Source: an uncultured Verrucomicrobiae bacterium | Lineage (GTDB): Bacteria > Verrucomicrobiota > Verrucomicrobiia > Chthoniobacterales > UBA10450 | Direction: 5' to 3' | Assembly (NCBI GenBank): GCA_963773185.1 | Contig: CAVZAD010000015.1 | Location: 849 to 64,848, forward strand | DNA: 64,000 bases | In this document: one piece after another, positions 16,759 to 27,337 of the stretch | Numbering within the stretch: position 1 is the stretch's first letter | Layout: the number at the start of each line of letters is the position of its first letter | Program-made: the position numbers and the translations under genes | The notes under the pieces: model-generated | Seen by the model: only the letters and a program-made list of their open reading frames with translations | What the model was told of the DNA's origin: nothing | Database searches by the model: none

Positions 16759-19700
16759 GGCCTGTGCTGGAGTAGCGGAAGGTGTCACGGTCGGCGTTGG
16801 TGCTGGTGTGACGCCGGGAGTTGGAGTGGGTGCGATCGTGGCTGTCGCGGTCGCGGTGACTGTAGCTGTAGCTGTCGGACTAGGTGTAACACCCGGAGTC
16901 AGCGAAGGCGTCGGGCTGGGTGGAACGGTGGCAGTCGCGGTCGCAGTAGCCGTGGCGGTAGGAGTCGGACTCGGTGTAATCCCAGGGGTTAATGATGGCG
17001 TTGGACTGGGGGGCACGGTGGCTGTCGCAGTAGCCGTGGCTGTGGCTGTAGCGGTCGCCGTGGCGGTCGGACTCGGCGTGGGCGTAATACCTGGCGTTAT
17101 GCTTGGTGTGGGAGTTGGCGTTCCGCCTGGGCCTGAGGGCAACGGCCAGACATATGCGCCGCGACCGCGGGTCCAGACGGAAAGAGTGGTGAAGCCGCGA
17201 TCATACTGCATGTCCCAGATCATCGCGTGAGGCAGTCCGTTCTCGAAGCGCGACCAGGTGGGATTGCCGCGGTGATATCGTTCGTATAAGTACAGGCCCC
17301 AATCCGTGCCGGCGAAGACTTGTTGCGGGAATTTTGGGTTGGCAATGATCGAATCGACCGGGATGTCCGGGAGATTGCCGGTCTTGTTGTTCCAGGTGAA
17401 GGAGGCGCAGTCCGTCGTGCAGACCACCTGGAAAACGTGGCCGGGCGTGGTGGGAGTGTTGGCATTGAAGCCGCCCACCGCCGCGTAACCAATGGGCGCG
17501 GTCGTGGTTGTCGGATCGAAGACGACGTCGAGGATCGGGCGATTGGGCAGAACGGTATTACCGCCGGTCACGTTCACCCAGGTAGATTGGTTCGAGCCGG
17601 TTCCCAGGCCGCGGCCGATTTGCACGTTGCCGTCGTTGGTCCCCACGATCACGGTCGATTGCAGGGCCTGCGAAATGGCGAGTTGATTGATGAAGGAGCG
17701 ATTGCCGAGCGTTTGCTTGGTCAGGTTTGCCGGGCTGTTTACGTACCAGGTCACCGTGTTGGCGGCGCCCGTGATTGTTTCCCAAACTCTCACGGTGCCA
17801 GCAACCAGATGGCCGCAGCCGGTGGCCGGGCCCGCTGGTCCGCAATCGTTACCCGGCGTATTCGGATCGCCCTTGAAAATTTCGTAGGGCAGAATGAATG
17901 ACTGGGTATCGCCGGTCCAGCCGCCGGTGAGATCGCTCCAGCTCGCGCCGGAAGCGGTGCAATTGTTGATGCAGCGATTGAGGTGACCGCTGTTGTTTCC
18001 CTGCCAGAAGCGCGGGCTTGTTCCGGTGCCGACCGGGTCGATCCGGCCATAGAATCCATCGCCGCCTTTGCCCATCTGCCATTGCACAGGTCCCGTCGGA
18101 CTGCCGGAAAACGTGACCGACATGGCGCCGTTATCCTGGGCGCCACCATTGGCCTGCGGTGCCGCCGAAGTGGCGAAGTTACCGCTGATATCGCCGGAGT
18201 AGAATTCGATCGTGTTCAGGCCGGTGTCCATGTTGAACCACGTCGGATCGACCGTCAGGCTGGCGAGATTGGCGTTGGTGGTGCCGTGGACGCCGCCGTC
18301 GTTGCCTGCCAGCAGGATGCTGGAAGAACCGGGAACGAACGCCAGCGCGTGCTGATCCACGTGCACGATATTCCCGCCGCTGTAACCGCAAGAGGTATCG
18401 TTCCAGGTGGCGTTGCCGTTTTGCCAGAACCAGACATCGAAGGTGTTGAAGAAGACGCGGTCCGGATTATTCGGATCCACGGCGATGGCCTGGTCGTACC
18501 AATTCTGCGGGTAGTCGCCCGCGCCGCCGCTGCAGTTAAGGAGCGAGGCGCCGGGCGAGCCGGTGATCTGAGTCCAGGTGGCGCCGCCGTCGGTGGTGCG
18601 AAAGGCGCCGAGCTGGCAGCCGTTGGCGTTGCCGCAGCCGCTATTCGGATTGGGCGTGATGGACTGGACCTGCGCATACATGTAGTTCGAGTTGCTCGGC
18701 GCGACGGCGATGTCGACCCGGCCAAGCTGATTGCCGGTAGTCGCGTTGACGTAGGCCGTGCCGCTGGTCGCATTGGTTCCGGTCCACCCATTGGCGTTCG
18801 TGGAAATCGGAACGAAATCTGCCGGGCAACCGCTCGCCGGCATCGTTCCCTCGTAAATCCCGTTCGCGCCGTTCTGATTGAGATTGGATTGCACGGTGGT
18901 GGCAAAGCCGCGCACGCCGACTGCGGCAATGATGCGTGTGCTCGCGCCGGTATTGATGAGAGCGAGGCCGGTAATGTCCTGACGCATCGTGCTGAAACTG
19001 TTGGTGGTGCACGGCCCGGTCCAGTTAGTGCCGCCATCGTAGGAGAAGTAGAGGCCGGTCTTCGTGCCGGCCACGACATTGTTGCTGTTGCGCGGATCGA
19101 CGCGCACTTTGCCGACTGCCTGGTATTGCGGGAACTGGCCCGGGCGGCAGCGGCAAGGCTGGCCCAAAAACGCTGCCTCCCTGCAGCGTCCAGGTGGCGC
19201 CGGCGTCGGTCGATTTGAGAACGCCCTGGCTGCCCATGGAGAAAGAGCCGTAGTTCAGATCGCCGGTTCCAGCGTAGATCGTGTTGTGATTGTTCGGATC
19301 GATGGTGACGGTGTCGATGCTGATGGTGGCGAGCAGCGGATCGTCGGTGACCGCGGTCCACGACGTCGTGCTGCTGCAGCAGTTCGTGGTTTTCCAGACG
19401 CCGCCGCCGACCGTTGCCAGATAGGCGACGTTGGTCGTCGCCGGATCGATCGCGATGTCGTTCACCCGGCCCTCGGTCAATTGATAATTAAAACAGCCGG
19501 AGCAGCCGGTCATGCGCAGGGGTTGGGGGCCGAGCGCGGTGAAGCTGTTAGGGGAAAGCGTCACCGCCGGATTGTTCTGATTCGCGGGCAAGCCTGAGGG
19601 GATGCTGCGCGCGACGCGGGCGTCCTGGGCGGCGGCCTGTCGCACCCACTCCGGGTCGAAACGGCCCGTCGGGTAGGTCAACCGATTGTGCCAGTCGAGT

Positions 19701-19933
19701 TCCAAATCGTCGAGTTCATCCACTTCGCCGCCGGGAACCGGCATATAGTGCTCCCGACGATCTTTATCGCCGCGCTCATTCCGGTCGTCCGGATCGCCCT
19801 CGGGGCCGGCTAAGTGTCGCCCTATCCCCGTGAAGCTGTACATCGCCAGCAGCACACCGGTGGAACACAGGACAAGGGCGAAAAGAACGCGTGGAGCGAA
19901 GCGGCCAGATCTGGAAATGCGTTTTCTTTTCAT
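15973..19933 (-). CDS. Large secreted BNR/Asp-box beta-propeller protein (sortilin/GH74-like) + PT linker + tandem C-terminal module (one frameshift as assembled)
   Basis: ORFs 19025..19933 (N-terminus with a hydrophobic anchor/signal) and 15973..19167 join near ~19150. Asp-box motifs: KSTDAGATW, SYDGGTNW, RTTDGGATW. There are many Cys pairs. The C-terminus is described under the repeat features. Confidence 0.75.
16759..17139 (-). repeat. In-frame low-complexity tandem repeat encoding a Pro/Thr/Ala linker
   Basis: It encodes TPTPTPSITPGITPTPSPTATATATATATATATATVPPSPTPSLTPG... with the ~30-aa unit TVPPSPTPSLTPG(I/V)TPSPT(P)TATATATA repeated. Confidence 0.85.
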
Positions 19934-20013
19934 GAAATGCGCTCGTTCATGTCCCCGTGCAGACCCCGCCGCGAATTCCCATTGGGTTCGGCCGAAGAGC
20001 CGTGAATGGGAAG

Positions 20014-20487
20014 TTACTCTTCGTCACCGGAATCATCGGGCGCCGGCGTCGCAACGACCAGACCGGCCAGAAGAAAAGTCAGGGCGGCCGAGAATAAGCA
20101 AAAACGACAGAAGGCATGGAGGACGAACACTTGCACGTAGAGGAACCACAACGTCGCGGCGAACATTGTCCAGACGGTTACGGTGAACCATTTCCACGCC
20201 CGTTGGTGGCCGAAGCCGGAGAAGACGGCGAAAGTGAAGGCTGCGAAATAACCCAAGGCGCCTAAAGCCGCCACGGGGATCCCAGCGATTCTCGCGTACG
20301 AGCTGCCGAGCACCTCGAAGCAACCGGTGGATTGGCCACACGCCGCCGTCTCGCCCGTCAGCGCGATTACAGTGAGATAAGTCGCGTCGGCCAGTCCCGC
20401 CAACGCGATCAGGGCCGCGATCGTGTTGAGAACGGCTCGCACGTTTATTCCCTCGCCCTCGGTCTGTCTTTTTGCGTTGTTTTTCAT
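20014..20487 (-). CDS. Vitamin K epoxide reductase (VKOR) family membrane protein
   Basis: 4-TM protein with CGQSTGC (loop Cys pair) and CRFC (CxxC in the last TM region). Confidence 0.75.
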   Translation of the reverse strand: MKNNAKRQTEGEGINVRAVLNTIAALIALAGLADATYLTVIALTGETAACGQSTGCFEVLGSSYARIAGIPVAALGALGYFAAFTFAVFSGFGHQRAWKWFTVTVWTMFAATLWFLYVQVFVLHAFCRFCLFSAALTFLLAGLVVATPAPDDSGDEE

Positions 20488-20600
20488 CGGAAGAATATCA
20501 AGGAAGGCGTCTCGTCAAAATCCGAGCGGAGAGCTTGCCGGTGGGCGCTCACACTTCCTAAGCTCTTGTTTAGCATGGCTGAAAAGACGACGATAGCGGA

Positions 20601-21203
20601 ATGATTGCCAGAACTTTCGCTCTGTTTTGTTTCCTGCTCGGGAGCTTCACCCTCGCTTTGAGCGAGAAGGCTGAGGCGGCTTCGACCGCGCCCGGAACGT
20701 ACCGAAACTGGGACGGAGACCTCGATGAGGTGACAATTGTTCAGCCGTTTCGTCTCGATGCCTACAACGACATTGCCGTCGAGTCTTTCGACATCACCGG
20801 CGTGCCCCTGCCGAATCCGAAGGAGAACACATTTGCGGCCGTGCAAGGCGCTCTTCGCTCGCTCAAGCCCGCCTTCCTCGAAGGATTTCAACAGAACCTG
20901 CGTCGAAAACCTGGCGCGGCCAACACGGCGCGGGGCAAGGGAGAGACGCTGGTGATCATCGCGCGTGTGATCAAAGCCGATCCTGGCTCACAGGCGGCGC
21001 GTTACTGGGGCTTCGGCGCAGGGGCGGTAAAGGTCGCGCTGATGGGAGAGATCATTGATGCCCGTTCCCGGAAGGTTTTGATCAGGTTCAAGCAGGAACG
21101 AAGGGCTGGATTTGGAATGTTCGGCGGCGGCTACGGCGCCCTCTTTGACCGGACCGCGCGTCAAATCGGAGGCGATATTGCCGAACTGCTGAACGCGTTT
21201 TGA
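20601..21203 (+). CDS. Exported protein, possibly DUF4410-like
   Basis: Signal peptide MIARTFALFCFLLGSFTLALS. The C-terminal block AARYWGFGAGAVKVALMGEIID is reminiscent of DUF4410 lipoproteins. This is a weak call. Confidence 0.4.
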   Translation: MIARTFALFCFLLGSFTLALSEKAEAASTAPGTYRNWDGDLDEVTIVQPFRLDAYNDIAVESFDITGVPLPNPKENTFAAVQGALRSLKPAFLEGFQQNLRRKPGAANTARGKGETLVIIARVIKADPGSQAARYWGFGAGAVKVALMGEIIDARSRKVLIRFKQERRAGFGMFGGGYGALFDRTARQIGGDIAELLNAF

Positions 21204-21266
21204 TTTACGGCGTTTGGGCGTTCTTGAAAAGGGCTGCGGGTCGGTTAACATGACGCCCGCAAAGTC

Positions 21267-21342
21267 GGGGGTATAGCTCAGTTGGTAGAGCGCGTCGTTC
21301 GCAATGACGAGGCCTGGGGTTCGAATCCCCATACCTCCACCA
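21267..21342 (+). tRNA. tRNA-Ala (anticodon CGC), CCA encoded
   Basis: Cloverleaf folded by hand: acceptor GGGGGTA/TACCTCC with the G3:U70 Ala identity pair; D arm GCTC-AGTTGGTA-GAGC; anticodon arm CGTCG-TTCGCAA-TGACG; T arm TGGGG-TTCGAAT-CCCCA; then ACCA. Confidence 0.95.
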
Positions 21343-21420
21343 TTCTTTGGGATGGCGGCCGTTTCCGGCGTGGAACGAATTGATCGGGTCGCGAAGTGGT
21401 CCCCCGGACCCCGCCCCCAA

Positions 21421-22205
21421 TTAGGGTGCGCCGCGGTCGTAGACTTCCACCACGCCAACACCGGTTCCGTTGTTCGATCCAGCGAGCAGCGCGGTGTAAA
21501 GACCGGGAGGAAGCGTGATGGCCACGCCCGACTCTAGCGGGTCTGTTAGTGCGAGTCCCGCGGAGGTCAACTCCACAGCATAGGCGGCGTTATCCTGCCA
21601 GTTGTTGTCCGCAATTAGAAGCGCTCCGTTGCTGTCGCGCGCCTCGAGTGTTGGATCGGGCAGAGCGTTTGTGACGCCGAGAGCAGTCAGGCTCGGCCCA
21701 ATCCCTCGCACGACGATCCGGGCGTTGCCGTTGTGATTGCCCAGAATGAAACCCGCAATCACGAGATCATTCCCCGTGCCGACAAAAGCCCGGGTGCTGA
21801 GGTTGGCCAGCCTTGCCGGCACGGCCTGACTCAGGTCGTACACTTCAATCAGGGCAATACCCGATGTGCTGTTCTTTCCTCTCACTACCGCGGTATACGC
21901 GCCTGGATTCAAGGTCACATCGATGGCTGACTCGAGAGCGTTCGCTGGCGCTATGCCAGTGGCGATAATCGCGGCTTCCTGAGCAGGGTCGTCTCGCCAG
22001 TTGTCATTGGTGATCGGCGGGAGCCCATCTGAACGATGCAATTCCAGCGTTGGGTCAGCCAGAACATTAGGAATTCCGGATTGCGCCAGGGAAGGTCCGA
22101 TGGCTCGGAGCAGCACATGTTTGGGAGCACTGCCGGTGATGATGAACCCGCCGATGCCGACGTTGTCCCCTGTCTGAACTCGCATCCGCGTTGAGAGATT
22201 GACCG
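21421..22205 (-). repeat. Copy 2 of the shared tandem C-terminal module (ends VEVYDRGAP)
   Basis: VNLSTRMRVQTGDNVGIGGFIITGSAPKHVLLRAIGPSL..LIEVYDLS, followed by LANLSTRAFVGTGNDLVIAGFILG..VVEVYDRGAP. Confidence 0.85.
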
Positions 22206-24298
22206 TCTGAGCCGGATTGGGAATTGGTGAAGCTCCGGGTGTGGCGGTCGGCGTTGGCGTCGGCCCTACCACCTCAAATAGCGTCATCATTCCGTCATCC
22301 TCATGTTCCAGGATGTGGCAGTGGAGCATGTAGATGCCGACGTGATCCGTGAACTTCAGCTTCAGCTCCAGCGTCTCGCCCGGCCCGACTGTCCAGGTCT
22401 CCTTCATCGTTTCGTACGGATAACAGGGCCCTCCGTCGCGGCTGATGCACTGCTGATCGACGTCATGGATGTGAACCATGTGGGTCGATCCCGGTCGGAT
22501 TGGTGAAAACCCACTTCTCGGTCGTGCCCAGGACTGGGCTGGGCGTCGATCCGGTTCGGATCGAATTCCAGGCCGTTGATCGTCCAATGGTTCGAAGTGA
22601 AATCGAAGCTGAAGTTCCGCGTCACGGTGGGCTGCCGATATCAGGCAGCGGACGCAGGGTCGATGGGATCGAGCTTGTGTCGATGAATGCTGGTTGACCC
22701 GGAACTTCAGCAGCGGGACCATCTGGTAGGCATCCATCAGATAGATGTCCTGTCCGAATTTTCCGGCGAAATCGACCACCACGTCCAGGCGTTCCGCCGG
22801 TCCCACGTCCATCGCTGTCCGCGCCACCGGTGCCGGCAGCAGGCCGCTCTCCGTCCCGATCTGGGTAAAGGCTCGCCAGTGCTGAGGGTAAAAATATAGA
22901 TGCGGGCGTTGGCGCCGTTGAGAATGCGGAGCCGATACTTGCGGTCGGCCACGTCCAGATACGGCTGGTAAACGCCGTTGACCAAGACCTTGTCGCCGAC
23001 GACACCCGAGGGATCGTAGAAATATTGCAGCTGGTTGTCTTCGTCGAATTGCCGATCGGCGATCAGCAGCGGAAGCTCATACGCCCCGGAAGGAAGCGTC
23101 GACGGATCCGCCGGATCATCGACGATGAAGAGACCCGTGCAGCCCCATCCAGACATTCATCCCGGTCTCGCCCATGCGGTGATCGTGATACAACTGCATC
23201 GTGCCCCGCTCGTTCTCGCCATTCTCGGTCCCGTCGTAGGTGTAGGTCCGCGATTGACCCGGCTCGAAGAGGAAACTGCTGCCGGCAGCCTGGCCATCAT
23301 CTACCGAAGCCGAATGGGCTCCCGTGGTGATGCACGGTCTTCCCGCCAGCGAGGAGCAGGGAGATTATTGGTGAAAGTCATGCGCGTGGTCTGCCCGGTC
23401 GGGCGCGAATCGTCAGGCCGGGATACGTCCCTCCGATAGGTCCACATGTAGGTGCATGGCCCATCGAGGATCGAGCACGCATGCTTCGGCAATGCTGATC
23501 GGGATTTCCGCAGCAGTGCTCGTGGGCGGGAAGAGCAACGGATGTGATGAAAAAGGCGCCGGTGTCGGAGTTGGCGTGGCGTCGGTGAGGGAGTCGGCGT
23601 TGGCGTTGGCGTCGGCGTGGGAACTGGCGTCGGTGTTGGCGTGGGTGTTGGCGTCGCGGCTGGAGTTGAAGTCGCGGTTGCAGTTGCCGTCGCGGTCGCT
23701 GTCGGGGCGGCCGTCGAAGTTGGAGTCGCAGTGGGAACTGGGGTCGCGGTCGACGCTGGTGTCGCGGTGGCGCAGTGGCGGTGGCGGTGGCAGTCGCGGT
23801 CGCGGTCGCGGTTGGGATTGGGGACGGAGTCGGAGTCGGAGTCGGAGTCGCCGCGGGCGATAGCGTTGCTGTGGGAGTTGGGGTCGCTGTCGAAGCCGGG
23901 GTGGGTGTTGCCTGCACAACGGTCACCGTGCCCGTCATCATCGACCCGTGGACTCTGCAATAATAAGGAAAAGTTCCTACGGTGTTGAACGTTACCTGAA
24001 AAGAGAACCCGCTGGTGTGTGTGCCCGAATCAAATATGCCGTTCGGATTCCCGGGATTACCGGACGTCACGCTGTGGTTATTGCCGGCCCAGGTCCAATT
24101 GACGATGTCGCCGGGGTGGATGGTGACCTCGCTCGGCTCGTAGCTGAAGACGGTTTGCCCCACGATCACATTCGTTGTCGCCGCGGGAGCGAGAGCCGGG
24201 AGCAAGATCAGAAATGCGAGAAGCAGTCGGAAATTCACTTTGAAGATTCTCGCAGCGCGTATTGGGCGGCAGGCTATCACGGAAACGTGCGACCGCAA
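21421..24298 (-). CDS. Secreted cupredoxin domain + PT linker + three-domain multicopper oxidase + PT linker + tandem C-terminal module (multiple frameshifts as assembled)
   Basis: ORFs 23378..24298, 22737..23156, 22622..23005, 22404..22625 and 21421..22827 join. Motifs: plastocyanin-like NHSVTSG..FPYYCRVHGSMMTG; MCO LYHDHRMGETG and HIHDV..MLHCHILEHEDDGMM. At least 5 frame changes fall at ~23900-23400, ~23160, ~22850, ~22620 and ~22500. Confidence 0.75.
23530..23900 (-). repeat. In-frame Pro/Thr/Ala-coding low-complexity DNA (linker between the cupredoxin and oxidase domains)
   Basis: All three - frames give PT/AT/RQ-type low complexity. Runs such as GTCGGAGTCGGAGTCGGAGTCG are visible. This is a likely site of reading-frame ambiguity. 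Confidence 0.7.
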
Positions 24299-24408
24299 TT
24301 GATCTGGGACGAACGGCCGCGGTTTTGGGACGAAAAGGAGTCCGCGACACCAGCGGCGCGCGACGAGGTAGCGGTTGCGGACGGCGCAGCGCGGTGTCCT
24401 ACCAGCGA

Positions 24409-25195
24409 CTACGGCGGGCTGCCGCGGTCGTAGACTTCAACAAGGCCCACGCCGGTGCCGTTGTTCAATCCCGCCAACAGCGCGGTGTAGAGACCCGGCG
24501 GAAGTGTCCTTGCGATGCCAGACTCGAGGTCGCTTCCGGCGCGAGACCGGCCGCGGTCAACTCCGCGGCTTGAGCGGGATCATCCTGCCAGTCGTTATTC
24601 GCGAAGAGGAGCGCTCCATTACTGTCGCGCAGTTCCAGCGTTGGATTGGCCAGCGCGCCAGGCAACCCCAAAGCCGTCAGGCTGGGCCCGATACCGCGCG
24701 CGATGATCCTGTCATTGCCGCTGTTGCCGCCCAGGATGAAACCCGCGATGACGATGTCGCTCGCCGGTGCTGACAAAGGCCCGGGTGCTGATGTTGGCCA
24801 GCTTCGCCGGAACGGTCGGGCTCAGATCATACACTTCAATCAATGCGACCCCGGAGGTGTTATTGTTGCCTCTCACGATCGCCGTATAGGCTCCGGGATT
24901 TAGGGTGGCGTCAATCGCCGCTTCGAGATCATTGCTCGGCGGGATGCCGGTGGCGATGATCGCTGCTTCCTGGCTCGGATCGTCTCTCCAGTTGTTATTG
25001 GTGATCGTGGCAAAGCCGCCGGGCCCGTGCAGCTCCATTACCGGATCGGCCAGCACATCGGGAACGCCGAGCTGGGCGAGGGAAGGTCCGATGGCGCGGA
25101 GTAGCACATGCTTGGGAGCGCTTCCCGTGATGATGAACCCGCCGATGCCGACATTGTCTCCTGTTTGAACCCGCATCCGGGTCGAGAGATTGACG
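24409..25195 (-). repeat. Copy 3 of the shared tandem C-terminal module (ends VEVYDRGSPP)
   Basis: MRVQTGDNVGIGGFIITGSAPKHVLLRAIGPSLAQLGVPDVLADPVMELHG..LIEVYDLS, followed by ..IARGIGPSLTALGLPGALANPTLELRDSNGALLFANNDWQDDPAQAAELTAAGL. Confidence 0.85.
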
Positions 25196-26685
25196 GCCTG
25201 CGACGGAGTAGCGGACGGCGTTACGGTCGGCGTGGGTGCTGGAGTAATGCCGGGGGTTGGCGTGGGTGCGATCGTCGCCGTCGCGGTAGCCGTTGGCAGT
25301 TGCGGTCGCTGAAGGGGTAGGCGTCTGCGGCGGTGGGGTCAAGCTGTGGGGTCGCGGCTTGGTGTAGCTGTTGGCGTGGCCGTAGGAGTGACTGTCGGCG
25401 TAGCCGTTGGGCGTTGCGCTTGGAGTAGCCGTCGGCGTTGGCGTGGGCCCTCCGGTCTGGTAGGCGACGTAGATGGCGTTCCCACCGCCAGTGAATTGCA
25501 CTCCAAACGCCACGTCGCCGCCGTTGTTGAGGCTTACCCCGCCCATGAGAAACGCGACCACCTGCGGGCCGACATCGGTCATCAGGGTGTCGTTGACTCC
25601 GGCGATTCGTTGAAAGGTGACGCCGTCGGTGACGAAGACCGAATCTCGAGGAGTCGCCTGATTGTCGTTCCCGCGGAAGGCCACCAATCCCGTGTCGTTG
25701 ATGGAGGGAGCGAAGAAGTCGATGCTGGTAAAACCGGCGCCGTCGCTGACGGTCGGGAACATCGTCGTGGTCGTGCCATCGGAGACCACGATTCGGCGCG
25801 TCGAGGCAGCGGTGCTCGTCCGGGTAGTGAACGCGACCTGATCGAGGTTGTTCATTGAGATGCTGTTGTCCATCGCGAAGAAGACCGGGCCGGTGGTGCT
25901 GTCACCGGACGCGACCAGAGTGGAAGTTCCGTCGGCGTTCCAGACTCGAAGTTCTTTATAGGTCGCTGGCTGGAGGTTGATATTCGCCTGGGCCGCGAGG
26001 CGGTTGTTGTTGTTGAAAGCCGGTGCGTAGAGAAACGAATAACGGCTGTTGGGATCGCCGGACGTTTCGGTGACGTAGTTGATGAAGGCGTTAGTCGCGA
26101 CGTTGTAGGTCATCGAGCGCCTGGGGGGTGTTAAATTTCACCCGCATCCCGATGAGACCGTTGTCGTTGATCTCCGGGTTGGTGTAGGAAGTGGCGCCCA
26201 GCGGTCCGTTCGTGACGCGGGTCGTCAGGCCGGAGGCGTTATCGTAAAGATACAAACCGTCATCGGCGGCGCTGGAGCTGGCAAAGCGAGGAAACGAGAC
26301 CTGGTTGCTCTGGTTCACAAATGGATCGCTCAGGAGGGCGTCATTATCGTTCGCGTTGTAAACGGCCGCGCCGGTCCCGTGGCCGCCAAACCAGAGTCCC
26401 GGACTGGTCGTCAGTCCGATCGTGTTCACTTTCACGGCGACATTGCCGGCGTCGTTGAGATTCGCCGTGACGCTATTGAAGGTGGATCCATTGGGCAGGT
26501 TGAACGCCGTGCCGCCGAGTGTCGGCGCGCACTTGCAGCTGAATCTGATAAACGATCGGCAGGGAGCCGGCGGCGCCGTCACTTCGATGAGGAACGATCG
26601 TTGCGTGCTCCGTCGTTCCTGAGCCCAATAAGATGAGAGCAGGAGCGAGAAAGGCGACGGCAAGGGTAATTCTAATTTTGGCCAT
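24409..26685 (-). CDS. Secreted NxxGxxAF-type repeat protein + PT linker + tandem C-terminal module (multiple frameshifts as assembled)
   Basis: Signal peptide MAKIRITLAVAFLAPALILLG. Repeats: NDAGNVAVKV, NDNGLIGMRV, NNLDQVAFTT, NDTGLVAFRG, NNGGDVAFGV. ORFs 26473..26685, 26091..26663, 24995..26113, 24712..25176 and 24465..24776 join. The stop is at complement 24409-24411 (VYDRGSPP*). Confidence 0.7.
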
Positions 26686-27337
26686 TGGTGGAAAGAAACG
26701 TCACGGCAGTTTCGCGGATTGAATTACGAATGCGAAGCTCGAATGTCAAAATCGCCAAGAAAGAAGGTTCAAAACGGATCGTCTGCCGATTAATATGCTT
26801 GCACAGGACCGCAGTTTTCTCTTCCCATCTACCATATGAAATCTGATCCGAGCAAGAAGACGGCGGACGCGATCATCGGGAAAAAATCGGTCGAGAATGC
26901 CGATCAGTGCCCTCGAGTAGCTGGTGTAACGCAAGTGCCGGACTCTGAAGTGGAGGGGCGCGGCACGGTCCGGAAACTGGTTCAGGACCCGTATTGCCTG
27001 GCGTATGTCTTTGCCAATCTGCCGGATGACGGTTCGAATGTCGCCATTACCTGCCCAGTCTCGGCCACACGTTCTACGCGTCGGTGACAGAGCGTTTGTA
27101 AACGCTGACGGTCAACGCTGAGTCCAGCGTTCGCTGCCAGGCGATCCTTGCTGGGACGGAATTCAGACAGGAGAGCGCTTTACTGCGTGGAAATACGGAG
27201 CCGGCCCTCTTAGTTTCGCATGCAAAATTCGCCCAAAAATGGCGTTATGGAAATTATAAGAATGGCCTGTATCCTGCTTTTCTCCACTCATCGATCTTCC
27301 AGGCGCCGGGCGCTCGGAGATCCAACAAAAAACAACC

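Noticed and set aside
16759-17139. Repetitive DNA at 16759-17139, 23530-23900 and 25196-25450, considered as a possible CRISPR array or VNTR locus.
   Set aside because: The repeats are irregular in length, have no unique spacers, and sit in frame inside coding regions where they encode Pro/Thr/Ala linkers. No cas genes are present in the window.
23301-23960. ORFs 23301..23960, 23413..23919 and 23617..23988, considered as separate repeat-protein genes.
   Set aside because: They are alternative-frame readings of the PT-linker DNA inside the cupredoxin-MCO gene. None has independent start context or domain content.
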